A stretch of DNA of 22,051 nt from a bacterium (GTDB lineage: Bacteria > SZUA-182 > DTGQ01), in assembly GCA_040752695.1 (NCBI GenBank), contig JBFMGO010000005.1, positions 31,722 to 53,772 on the forward strand. The letters run 5' to 3'. A program made the position numbers and the translations under genes. Of this stretch, positions 8,270 through 17,477 are shown one piece after another. How positions within the stretch are numbered: position 1 is the stretch's first letter; the number at the start of each line of letters is the position of its first letter. The notes under the pieces were generated by a model. That model had not been told where the DNA came from. It ran no database searches and was given only the letters and a program-made list of their open reading frames with translations.

Positions 8270-9277
8270 TTACATTTTCTTCTTCTCTCCTTGCATTCTC
8301 TTCTTCTCTCCTTGCCCTTTCGTTCCCTCGATCTCATGAGAACTATCTGAAATCTTCTGAAATACCTGAAATCTATTGCTACTTTTTTCTAATATATATA
8401 TCCTGTCCTGGTTATCAAAGTCAAGATCAATGGGAAAGCAAAATTTGCCCGCCTCCGTCCCATACGAGCCAAAACCGAACTGAAGTTTTCCCTGCTGATC
8501 AAATACCTGCACCCGGTGGCGGAAAGCATCCACCACCCATATCCTCTGAGAGCGATCTACGCAAACAGCCTGCGGGAACGAAAAATCTTCCTCGCGTTGG
8601 CCGTGTTTCCCAAAAGAATACAGATACTTGCCTTCTGTGGTAAACACCTGTACAGGAATCCCCTGAGCATCGGTAAGGTAAATTTTCTCTCCGTGAAAAC
8701 AGATATCGGTGATAAATTGAAATTTTCCCTCTTCCGACCCTCTGCCGCCGAACCGAAAAGCTAACGAGCCATTGGGCTCAAACACCCATATTTCATCAGC
8801 TTCTCTGTTTATTGCATATATCCTGCCTGCGGGGCCGAGTACGAATCTTCCTGCGGAAAAGGCATGTTTCTTCAAAAAATCAGCGGAAGGAACAGGATAG
8901 AGAAATTTCCCCTTGGCGTCAAAAACCTCCAGGGATTCTTTTTCCCGGCAGCTTACATAAATTTTTCCCTCTGGATCGGTGAATATACACACTGGAGCGG
9001 CAAAGGGATGCTCGGCATGGAAGATCCCCAGCGCTTCTCCTGAGAGCGAAAAAATGGCAACCTTCCGGTTACCCGTGTCCGCAATATAAATTTTTTTTTG
9101 CGAGCTATCCAGAAACATTCCCTGAGGTCGATTGAAGGAGTGGCTTTTCTGGAGCCCGTGCACCTCGAAAAGCCACTCTATCTTATCCTTCGCGATCGCC
9201 TCTTGAAAAGGAAAGAAAATGCTTAAAACCAACAAACAAAAAAGAAGAATACTGCAACCTGCTCTCATACCAGCCAA
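8270..9277 (-). CDS. Secreted NHL-repeat (6-bladed beta-propeller) protein
   Basis: Signal-peptide-like N-terminus (ILLFCLLVLSIFFPFQEAIA). NHL repeats: FNRPQGMFLD..IYIADTGNRKVAIF, FSFPQAVCVD..IWVVDAFRHRVQVFD, GKFCFPIDLDFD..IYILEKSSNRFQVF. Start may be the ATG at 9268. Confidence 0.92.
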   Translation of the reverse strand: MAGMRAGCSILLFCLLVLSIFFPFQEAIAKDKIEWLFEVHGLQKSHSFNRPQGMFLDSSQKKIYIADTGNRKVAIFSLSGEALGIFHAEHPFAAPVCIFTDPEGKIYVSCREKESLEVFDAKGKFLYPVPSADFLKKHAFSAGRFVLGPAGRIYAINREADEIWVFEPNGSLAFRFGGRGSEEGKFQFITDICFHGEKIYLTDAQGIPVQVFTTEGKYLYSFGKHGQREEDFSFPQAVCVDRSQRIWVVDAFRHRVQVFDQQGKLQFGFGSYGTEAGKFCFPIDLDFDNQDRIYILEKSSNRFQVFQKISDSSHEIEGTKGQGEKKRMQGEKKKM

Positions 9278-9371
9278 CGTCTCTCTTTCGGTTTACAACA
9301 ATAGTATCCACACTCTCAAGCAAGATGAACCGCCCGGTCGTTATATACTTCCTTGCTGCGGCTTTACGTTG

Positions 9372-10685
9372 CTACTTCTGCTTGCTATACTTTTTCGTAT
9401 GACAGCGGAAGCAACCGCCCCCATCCGTAGAAGTTGTCGACATCTTGCTGTAGTCCCAGCGAAGAGCGTCATCATAGGGCGATCCATGAGCGCGATGACA
9501 CGATACACAAAGGACTACACGCTTGGCTTTCTGAAGTTCACCGCTTCCCCCTCCCCTGGTTATCGAGGGAAAGCCTACCGGTACTTCCTGGGAATAGTCC
9601 GCTCCCGGATCTCCCGGATAATCTTTATACTCGGATTCAGCATCCTGCCTCATCGCTATATCTGTCGGGTGCCTTTTCCAGGGCGAAGCCATCTCATCGC
9701 TCTGAGTATCTGTTCCCTTTAATCCTTTGAAGCTGTGGAAGCCGTTTTCACTGTCATCTTCCTTGCATCCATGGCACTCGCCACACAGGCCGTTAATGGA
9801 GCGGTCCGGACCGGGATCGGTTTTACTTCCCTGCAATTCCTTATCCGTTCCCTGATAAATATTTACGTCCTCACCGGCGAGGTCTTCCTGCCTGAGAAAC
9901 TTGTTCGTATGGTCCCCGAACTCCCAGTTACTGGCAACCCGCCCCTTGACATGGTAAAGCATCCGATAGCTCGATGCGATGGTATTTCCATCCCGAAATC
10001 TATCCTCGTAGGCTTCCGTTGCAGGGCTGTGATGCCCGCCTTTAATTGAAACCAAAGGGTCTTCGACGTCCCGTTTCCCGTGACAGCCGGATACTCCCGC
10101 GCAGGTTAATTGCTTGTCAGCACCGCCGATACAGTCATCCGTCCCTCCGGGCGGGGTAATACCGAGCAGTTCATCCTCATTATCGTCGCTGTCGCCCATG
10201 CCCACGACGTTATGTCCCTTTCGGCAGCTTTTTCCGCCTGCATCGTCCTTGCCTTTCGTTACATAATAGTATGTCCCGGCAGCCGACAGTTTATTATCGT
10301 TGGCATTGGGATCAACATTTACCTGAGGCGCATCATACTCATCCTGCGGATCTTTGAAGTATCGCCCGTCATCGTTTCTCTTATGACATCCCAGACAGGG
10401 ATTTTTCGCTGATACGTCAGCCCCTTTAATCAGATATGCCTGGGGACCCACGTCTGTTCCTTCGATCTCGTTGACAGAAACCCCTTCCTGACTATTGTGC
10501 ATGGTATGGCATTCGGAGCAGGGTCCCTTTACTCCCGCTTCGGACTGCCCGCTCTGCATAAGGACGACTCCACCGACGACCACCAATACAAGCAGATGAT
10601 AAAAAACCCTTCTCATTCTCAAGTTTAAGCGCCCCCTTTCAAACAATTCACCTTTTATCAACCTTCTTCTATTCCCGCGCGACAT
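9372..10685 (-). CDS. OmcS-like hexaheme c-type cytochrome (5 CXXCH + 1 CX5CH)
   Basis: Signal peptide ending ..QSEA|GVKGP. Motifs CSECHTMHNS, CLGCH, RKGHNVV..PPGGT..QLTCAGVSGCH, SYRML, CGECH, WKRHPT, CVSCHRAHGS, CFRCHTKK occur in the same order as the motifs I recall from Geobacter OmcS (CEGCHTMHNS, RKGHNIV, APGGT..QLHCSSCH, AYRIL, RHPA, CLSCHRAHAS, CNKCH). Alternative start ATG 10616 (MRRVFYHLL). Confidence 0.88.
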   Translation of the reverse strand: MSRGNRRRLIKGELFERGRLNLRMRRVFYHLLVLVVVGGVVLMQSGQSEAGVKGPCSECHTMHNSQEGVSVNEIEGTDVGPQAYLIKGADVSAKNPCLGCHKRNDDGRYFKDPQDEYDAPQVNVDPNANDNKLSAAGTYYYVTKGKDDAGGKSCRKGHNVVGMGDSDDNEDELLGITPPGGTDDCIGGADKQLTCAGVSGCHGKRDVEDPLVSIKGGHHSPATEAYEDRFRDGNTIASSYRMLYHVKGRVASNWEFGDHTNKFLRQEDLAGEDVNIYQGTDKELQGSKTDPGPDRSINGLCGECHGCKEDDSENGFHSFKGLKGTDTQSDEMASPWKRHPTDIAMRQDAESEYKDYPGDPGADYSQEVPVGFPSITRGGGSGELQKAKRVVLCVSCHRAHGSPYDDALRWDYSKMSTTSTDGGGCFRCHTKKYSKQK

Positions 10686-10800
10686 AATATCCTATTAGTA
10701 TTTCGACATTTTTTAAAAAAATATACTACCTGCTTCAGAAGGTCGTCTTCACTTTTTTACTTCCTCCATCTGCAACGGGGGGAGCCTTCCCACGCATCCT

Positions 10801-11757
10801 CTACCGAGAATGAATGGTCAATACCTGGAGACGGTGGTTAAAAGAGTCCGCAATAACCAGCCGCTGCTCCTTATCCAAAAAGGTCTGATTCGGATGACTA
10901 AACCACCCGGCCTTTTCTCCCAGGCCTCCGTATTCCTGTAAAAACACTCCGTCCAGATTATAAATTGACAGAGTATGTCTCATATAGTCAGTCACAAAAA
11001 TTAATTCTTTGGCGCGATCGACCGTAATCCCCGCTGGCCGGCTTAATTTCCCGAATGACCCTCCCTTTTGCCCGAATCCGAATAGAAAGGTATCCGGATT
11101 TTCGTAAACATAAACCTTTCCCATTGTTTCACTCAGAAGGTATATTCTCCCGCTCGAATCGAGAGTGACGTGAGTTATGGCTGCCAGCTTTGGAGGCATT
11201 CCTTCCTTGCCCGGCTCCAGGGGAGTGATAGCTGCCTTGAGCTTGCCCTCCGGATCGAGGATCAGCACTCCTTCTTCTGTTCCGGTCGCCAGATAAAGGT
11301 TATCCTTCTGGTCGATGATCAGATCCTTTGCATAACGGACCTTGCCTTTCGTCATCTGATCCAGATCGATCTTCCTGAGAAGTTTTCCTATGGAATTGAA
11401 AACCAGAATTCCTCTGTCTGCGTCCGATACATACATATTACCCTTTTGATCAACAGCCACCGCAGTCGGCCCTTTCAGGCCGTTCGATGTGTCCAGCCGA
11501 CTCAAAGGGAGGTAATTGCTATCATAAATAAAAACAGATTTGTTATACAAGTCGACTACATACATGTTACCTGTACTGTCAACGTAAACATCTACAGGTT
11601 GCCCTAACGCAAGTTGATTATTAAATTGGCGAATAATTATGGCAGGGCTGATATTCTCTTTCAAATATTCAGCAATGGCCGCATCCGACAGGGGAGCACA
11701 CAGGAGCAGCCATAACCACAAGACACTCCAGGCAATAAAAAAGCCGTCTCTCTTCAT
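10801..11757 (-). CDS. Secreted NHL-repeat (6-bladed beta-propeller) protein
   Basis: Signal peptide MKRDGFFIAWSVLWLWLLLCAPLSDA; AAGGA RBS upstream. NHL repeats: LGQPVDVYVDSTGNMYVVD, LKGPTAVAVDQKGNMYVSD, GKLSRPAGITVD..IFVTDYMRHTLSIY, FSHPNQTFLD..LVIADSFNHRLQV. Confidence 0.92.
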   Translation of the reverse strand: MKRDGFFIAWSVLWLWLLLCAPLSDAAIAEYLKENISPAIIIRQFNNQLALGQPVDVYVDSTGNMYVVDLYNKSVFIYDSNYLPLSRLDTSNGLKGPTAVAVDQKGNMYVSDADRGILVFNSIGKLLRKIDLDQMTKGKVRYAKDLIIDQKDNLYLATGTEEGVLILDPEGKLKAAITPLEPGKEGMPPKLAAITHVTLDSSGRIYLLSETMGKVYVYENPDTFLFGFGQKGGSFGKLSRPAGITVDRAKELIFVTDYMRHTLSIYNLDGVFLQEYGGLGEKAGWFSHPNQTFLDKEQRLVIADSFNHRLQVLTIHSR

Positions 11758-12112
11758 CTATTATCCTTAATTGTGCAGGTGCCTTGCTCTCTCGTCTTTT
11801 GACTACAATAGCCTCCTTACAGCCTATAGTAGAAATAATAACATATCTTGCGATTGAAGGGAAGGAAAATACTCAAAAAACTAAATTGTAAAGGGAAATC
11901 TCCCCATATGACCTGAAAGTACATCCCTGGCACCGGGTTGTCAAAAGATAAAAATCCTGCCGGGCTGCAAACAAAATATTATGAGAAATCAGCTGGTTAT
12001 TAAAGTTATATTGAATTATTTACGTGGTCATGGTAAATTATATTAATAACTAGAAATGACGCCACAAGGTAACTTATTCATTTTCATAGGCTAATTTATA
12101 AGGATACTAAGG

Positions 12113-13870
12113 GTGAGTAATAAGCCGAAATCTGATTCGCAAAATAAAGAACTGACCAGAGAATTCATGAAGGCTTTTCTCAATAAATATACCTATGACC
12201 CAAGGAGTAATCTCTCGGCACGATGGGCTCTTTTATGGTGTACGCTGCTTTTGATTTTAGGTATCCTGCATCTTTCCTATCCGACATATTCCATAATAAC
12301 CACAGGGGTAGATACCATGTTCGGACTTATCGCCATTGCCCTCTATCCCACCCTTGGTACCTCCGGGACACTCTACAGGCTGAGAGAGGAAACTATCAAG
12401 GCCTACAGTAAAAATCTGGAAAAGCTGGTTGAGCAGAAAACCGTACAAATCCGCAAGAAAGAGAAAAAGTACCGGACACTTTTCGAAATAGTACCTGCCG
12501 GGATGTTCCGTGTAACCGAGGACCTGGAGATTGCCGACATTAACGGCTATGCTCTGGATCTCATTGGCTTGCCTCAAGAGCAGGTCATTGGACGAAAATG
12601 TCTCGATATTATCTGCAAGTGCGAGGGAGCATGTGCATTATCCGGTTTGACTGGGGAAATTGCCACCAAAGAAGTCGCCTTACCATCTCCAGACGGCAGC
12701 CAAAACTATGTGGTAATCAGTTGCCGTAACTGGGAAATGGAGGGCAGATCCAGTATCATCGGCAGTATCACCAATATCAATGAACGGAAAAAATTAGAGG
12801 AGACGATTTTAGAAAATAAACAAAGGCTGGAATCTATCTTCGATGGAATGGACGATGGAATCATTGTCATCGGCAGGGAATTTAAAGTTGTCGCCATTAA
12901 CCGCAAGTGGGCATCGATTATCGGAGCCCCGCCGGATGATCTGATCGGGAAACGCTGCACAGAGGTTATCACTCCCGCCTGCCAGGATATTGCCAAAAGG
13001 GTTTTTCTTACGGGACAGAAGGAGAGAAAAGAACTTATCCTCCTTCATAAAGGAAATGGGCAGCAACTTTATGTGGATATTATCTATGCGCCCATCCTTA
13101 ACAAGGAAACCCGTGTAGAGCAGGTTATCGGAGTTCTCAGGGATATCACGGAAAAAAAGCAAATGGGAGACCTTTTGCTTCGCTCCGAACGGCTGGCCAC
13201 CATGGGAGAAATTGCCGCTAATGTTGCTCATGAAATCAATAACCCCATGGGCATTATTCTGGGATTTACCCAAAGACTGCTGGGGCGAATGCCTGAAAGC
13301 AGTATGGACCATGAAGAATTGCAGATTATTGAGCAGGAATGCATCCGATGCAAGAAAATTATCACTGACCTGTTGGATTTTGCAAGGCCCAGTATTCCCC
13401 AAAAACGCCTTCTCCAGGGAGAGAAGTTGGAGGAAATCATTAACACATGCCTCAAGCTCCTTGAGTATCAGATTAATAAAAGAGGCATTCATGTCAAGCG
13501 CAATCTGGCGCGCGGATCAATGATTAACATTGACACCCTTCAATTTCAGCAGGTCTTGATGAATATCTTTTTAAATGCTATTCAGGCTATGCCGGGAGGC
13601 GGAAACCTGCGGGTATCCGTTTCGACTCAAACCCAGCATGCCCGACATCCCAATGGGCTTTCCCTGATCGCAGTTGAGGATACTGGGGTGGGTATTCCTC
13701 CTGAAAATATGGCCCGTATCTGCGAACCATTTTTCTCTGCCGGCAAACCCAACGGGACAGGGCTTGGACTGTCGGTATCAAAAAAAATCATCGAGGCCCA
13801 TGGCGGAACCCTGGATATAGCGAGCGAAGTTGGGAAGGGCACTAAGATGACGATAGAATTACCCCTGTAA
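12113..13870 (+). CDS. Membrane-anchored PAS-PAS sensor histidine kinase (NtrB/AtoS-like)
   Basis: Two hydrophobic segments, a coiled coil, two PAS/PAC domains (ending SITNINERK and LRDITEKK), H-box AHEINNPMG, N-box NIFLNAIQAM, G1 EDTGVGI, F-box EPFFS, G2 GTGLGLS. Confidence 0.95.
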   Translation: MSNKPKSDSQNKELTREFMKAFLNKYTYDPRSNLSARWALLWCTLLLILGILHLSYPTYSIITTGVDTMFGLIAIALYPTLGTSGTLYRLREETIKAYSKNLEKLVEQKTVQIRKKEKKYRTLFEIVPAGMFRVTEDLEIADINGYALDLIGLPQEQVIGRKCLDIICKCEGACALSGLTGEIATKEVALPSPDGSQNYVVISCRNWEMEGRSSIIGSITNINERKKLEETILENKQRLESIFDGMDDGIIVIGREFKVVAINRKWASIIGAPPDDLIGKRCTEVITPACQDIAKRVFLTGQKERKELILLHKGNGQQLYVDIIYAPILNKETRVEQVIGVLRDITEKKQMGDLLLRSERLATMGEIAANVAHEINNPMGIILGFTQRLLGRMPESSMDHEELQIIEQECIRCKKIITDLLDFARPSIPQKRLLQGEKLEEIINTCLKLLEYQINKRGIHVKRNLARGSMINIDTLQFQQVLMNIFLNAIQAMPGGGNLRVSVSTQTQHARHPNGLSLIAVEDTGVGIPPENMARICEPFFSAGKPNGTGLGLSVSKKIIEAHGGTLDIASEVGKGTKMTIELPL

Positions 13871-13879
13871 GGAGTGCTT

Positions 13880-15274
13880 ATGAAAAAAATTCTCATCGTG
13901 GACGACGAACCGAACTTTCTCACTCTCTTGGGCAGAACACTCAAAGATGAGGGTTATCAGGTTACTACAGCCGCGACCAGTTATGAAGCCATTTCTCTTG
14001 CCGAGAATACCGTTTTCGATACCCTGATCACCGATCTTGCCATGCCGGAAGTCAACGGGATAGAATTAATGGAGCGGTTCCGGAAATTATATCCGAACCT
14101 GCCTATCATCATTATCACCGGAGTGGGTACTGTCGAGCGGGCAGTTGAAGCCATGAAAAAAGGTGCGTATGATTTTATTACCAAACCATTTGAGCTGGAT
14201 AAAATCCGTACCACGGTAAAACGGGCACTCGAATATGGAGAGCTTCACCTCGAACTGCATCATCTGAGAAAAGAGGTTCAAAATAAGTACGACTTCAGCA
14301 ATATTATTGCTAAGAGCAAGTGTATGCAGAATATCTTCAAACTCATCGATCAAGTAGCGGACAGCATGGCTAACGTTTTAATTCAGGGGGAGTGCGGAAC
14401 AGGAAAAGAACTGATTGCACGGGCCATTCATTACCGAAGCATCCGAAGGGATAAACCCTTTCTGGCAATCGATTGCAGTGCCATACCGGAATCTCTTCTG
14501 GAAAGCGAGTTGTTCGGACACACCAAGGGCTCCTTCACCGGCGCTGTCAATGCCCGTCGAGGACTCTTTGAGGAAGCATCCGAAGGGACGATTTTCCTTG
14601 ATGAAGTAGGCGACATTTCTATTGCCACTCAATGCAGGCTCCTTCGGGTAATTCAGGAAAAGGAAGTAAGACCCATAGGCAGTAATCAGGCCAGCAAAAT
14701 CGATGTCCGCATTGTCACGGCTACCAATAAGGATTTGAGAGACTTGATTAAAAAGCAGACCTTCCGTGAAGACCTCTATTTTCGGGTCGCCATTATTCCC
14801 ATTTATCTTCCGCCACTTCGAGAGAGGAAAGAGGATATTCCTCTCCTGACCGCTCACTTCATTGAAAAATACAGCAGGCTTAACCAGAAAAAAGCGAAAG
14901 GGATTTCCCGGGAAGCATTGCTTGCCCTCACCCAGTATGACTGGCCTGGGAATGTCCGTGAACTTGAAAACACGATCGAGCGGGCACTCCTTATCTCCGG
15001 TGATGGTCAAATCGATCTTCCTCATCTGTTCATGGATAATATCATGATCGATGACTATCCCTCCGGCGATACCGACCAGACGAACGATGAGCAAAATACC
15101 CTGACCAAGGCCATCGAAAAGGCGGAAAAAGATTTTATCATTCAGGTCTTGAATACCGTAAATTTTAACCGAACGCATGCGGCTAAAATTTTAGGTATCA
15201 GCCGGAGAACTCTTTATGATAAAATTGAAAAGTATAATCTCAAAAGCATTTCACCCAATGGGATCGATGAATAA
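13880..15274 (+). CDS. Sigma-54-dependent response regulator (REC-AAA+-Fis HTH; NtrC/AtoC family)
   Basis: ATG 13880 preceded by AAGGAG. REC (ILIVDDE..TDLAMP..KPF), Walker A GECGTGKE, ESELFGHTKGSFTGA, Walker B IFLDEVGD, FREDLYFR, WPGNVRELEN, HTH NRTHAAKILGISRRTLYDK. Confidence 0.96.
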   Translation: MKKILIVDDEPNFLTLLGRTLKDEGYQVTTAATSYEAISLAENTVFDTLITDLAMPEVNGIELMERFRKLYPNLPIIIITGVGTVERAVEAMKKGAYDFITKPFELDKIRTTVKRALEYGELHLELHHLRKEVQNKYDFSNIIAKSKCMQNIFKLIDQVADSMANVLIQGECGTGKELIARAIHYRSIRRDKPFLAIDCSAIPESLLESELFGHTKGSFTGAVNARRGLFEEASEGTIFLDEVGDISIATQCRLLRVIQEKEVRPIGSNQASKIDVRIVTATNKDLRDLIKKQTFREDLYFRVAIIPIYLPPLRERKEDIPLLTAHFIEKYSRLNQKKAKGISREALLALTQYDWPGNVRELENTIERALLISGDGQIDLPHLFMDNIMIDDYPSGDTDQTNDEQNTLTKAIEKAEKDFIIQVLNTVNFNRTHAAKILGISRRTLYDKIEKYNLKSISPNGIDE

Positions 15275-15363
15275 CGAAAAATAACGATAAGGTTTGAGAT
15301 TCATCAATCGCCCCGGATTGACCCCGGATTGACATAGATAACAGACTTAAGGAGTAAGTCTCT

Positions 15364-16641
15364 ATGAAAGTATTAGTAATCGGAGGAGGCGGCCGTGAAC
15401 ATGCCCTGGCCTGGAAGATCCGCCAAAATGAGGAAGTATCAGCCTTGTACGCTATTCCAGGAAACGCCGGTCTGGCGGAAATAGCTGAATGTTACTCTCT
15501 TGAAGTAACCGATATCACCAGACTGGCCAGGTTTGCCAGAGAAAAAGAGGTTGACCTTACCGTTGTAGGACCGGAACTGCCGCTTTCTCTCGGCATCGTC
15601 AACGAATTCGAAAGACAGGGACTGGCTGCTTTCGGACCTGTCAGCGAGGCTGCCGCAATTGAATCAAGCAAAGCTTTTGCCAAAAAATTAACCACGGAAA
15701 ATAACATTCCTACCGCCCTCTATGAAATATTTTCCGATCCCAAAGAAGCACAAAAGTATGTTCGCCATATCAGCCGTCCACTCGTTATCAAAGCCGATGG
15801 TCTGGCCGCCGGAAAAGGGGTCCTGATTTGCCCCCACACCGAAGACGCCCTGCGGGCAATCGAACTGATCATGGTACAAAAGGCCTTCGGCCAGGCAGGC
15901 GAGCAGATCATCATCGAAGAACTCCTTAAGGGCGAAGAGGCATCTTTCCTTGCTTTTACCGATGGAAATACGATTCTCCCCATGGCATCTTCACAGGATC
16001 ATAAAGCTGCCTTCGATGGTGATCAGGGACCTAACACCGGAGGCATGGGAGCTTACTCTCCGGCACCGGTCATCAGTGAAGAAATGCACCAGAAAATTAT
16101 GACCAAGATCATGATTCCCGCAGTAGAGGGAATGGTCAGGATGGGAATCGATTATCGCGGAGTCCTCTATGCGGGCCTGATGATTCAGGATAACGAGCCC
16201 GTGCTCCTGGAATTCAACGCCAGGTTCGGCGATCCGGAAACCCAGGCAATTATCGGGCGACTTGAGACAGATTTAATCTCTATCATGCAAAAGGTACTCA
16301 AAAGAAAACTTCACGAGGTAAGCCTGCGTTGGCACGATGGAGCATCCACCTGCGTAGTTCTGGCCTCTGAAGGCTACCCCGGCCCATACCCTAAAGGAAG
16401 ACAGATCAATGGATTGCAGGATGCAGACCAGGTTCCGGGGGTGACCATATTTCATGCAGGAACGGTCAAAAGGGGAGATAAAGTCCTGACCTCCGGCGGA
16501 AGAGTCCTTGGAGTGACCGCAGTTGGTGAGACCATTGCCGAATCCATTTCCCGGTCTTATACGGCAATAGAGAAAATCCACTTTGATGGAATGCACTACC
16601 GGAAAGATATCGGAAAGCGTGCTCTTCAGCCATGCCCTTAA
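15364..16641 (+). CDS. purD: Phosphoribosylamine--glycine ligase (GAR synthetase)
   Basis: MKVLVIGGGGREHALAW, PGNAG, VVGPELPL, ESSKAFAK, VIKADGLAAGKGV, QDHK..DGDQGPNTGGMGAYSP, EFNARFGDPETQ, GGRVL, YRKDIG; AAGGAG RBS. Confidence 0.98.
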   Translation: MKVLVIGGGGREHALAWKIRQNEEVSALYAIPGNAGLAEIAECYSLEVTDITRLARFAREKEVDLTVVGPELPLSLGIVNEFERQGLAAFGPVSEAAAIESSKAFAKKLTTENNIPTALYEIFSDPKEAQKYVRHISRPLVIKADGLAAGKGVLICPHTEDALRAIELIMVQKAFGQAGEQIIIEELLKGEEASFLAFTDGNTILPMASSQDHKAAFDGDQGPNTGGMGAYSPAPVISEEMHQKIMTKIMIPAVEGMVRMGIDYRGVLYAGLMIQDNEPVLLEFNARFGDPETQAIIGRLETDLISIMQKVLKRKLHEVSLRWHDGASTCVVLASEGYPGPYPKGRQINGLQDADQVPGVTIFHAGTVKRGDKVLTSGGRVLGVTAVGETIAESISRSYTAIEKIHFDGMHYRKDIGKRALQPCP

Positions 16642-16803
16642 AACTACACGCAGAAAACGATACTCAAAGAGTGAAAGCCGATACTGGCCCTGATGTGCCA
16701 AAGAGAACCCCGCCCATCTCGAGTGAACCGCAGGAAGGCTCCCTTTTTTGGTGCTGCCTGTGACCTCTTTCGCGGAAGGGGAGAAAAGAGCCGAGAAACA
16801 TTA

Positions 16804-16832
16804 TTGACAAGTGTATGGAACTATGTTAGTTT
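16804..16832 (+). promoter_or_regulatory. Probable sigma-70 promoter upstream of tRNA-Arg
   Basis: TTGACA (16804-16809), 17 bp spacer, TAGTTT (16827-16832) preceded by TGn. Confidence 0.55.
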
Positions 16833-16978
16833 ATTAGAAAAAAGTATGATTTAAGGGGAAGCATAACCCAAGGTGAAAGTGTAATCCCAGATGAAAATGC
16901 AGCCCCAGGCTGAAGCAAGTATAAGGAAGACCATGAGGCAGATGCCAAGCCGAGGGGAGTAAAGGCTAAAGAAAATTT

Positions 16979-17052
<74 letters not shown>

Positions 17053-17063
17053 CTTATAAAATC

Positions 17064-17101
17064 AAGGGGGCTTCGGGAAAATCGATCCGAAGTCCCTTTT
17101 T
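17064..17101 (+). terminator. Probable intrinsic terminator after tRNA-Arg
   Basis: Hairpin GGGGCTTCGG-N10-CCGAAGTCCC (with a G:U pair) followed by TTTTT. Confidence 0.65.
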
Positions 17102-17312
17102 GCTTTATGGGCCCTTTTTATGCGCAATTTTTGAGAAGCAGAAAGCATATCCTGAAAGAGCAGGAGCATACCCATAGCTGGCCGGCTCATTTCTTTGCAG
17201 TAATACCCATAGCTGGCTTGATCATTTCTCAGAAGAATGCCGGGACCCCGCATTGCCGGGAAAGCCGGACCCACTTTTCGAATAGGGACTTAAGAAAGAA
17301 TAAAGAAGCAAG

Positions 17313-17382
17313 TTGACAGATCCCTTCAATACCTGTAATATTAACCAAACACTTGACTTAGGGGTCTCATAATCCCGATAAT
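17313..17382 (+). promoter_or_regulatory. Candidate tandem sigma-70 promoters for the gsp operon
   Basis: TTGACA(17313)-17 bp-TAATAT(17336) and TTGACT(17353)-18 bp-GATAAT(17377). Confidence 0.45.
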
Positions 17383-17477
17383 ACACAATAACACAGCAAA
17401 TTTAAGCTCCTCTACGAAGATTTTGAGGGTTTTTTCAATAAAAAAGAGGGATCCCTCAAAGGACAATATCTCTTTTT

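Noticed and set aside
11927..11943. CTGGCACCGGGTTGTCA resembling a sigma-54 -24/-12 promoter
   Set aside because: The -24 half is good, but there is no GC at the GG-N10-GC position, and it faces the kinase rather than the cytochrome operon.
15311..15332. Tandem 11-mer CCCCGGATTGA x2 upstream of purD
   Set aside because: Only two copies and no matching known operator; most likely a small local duplication.
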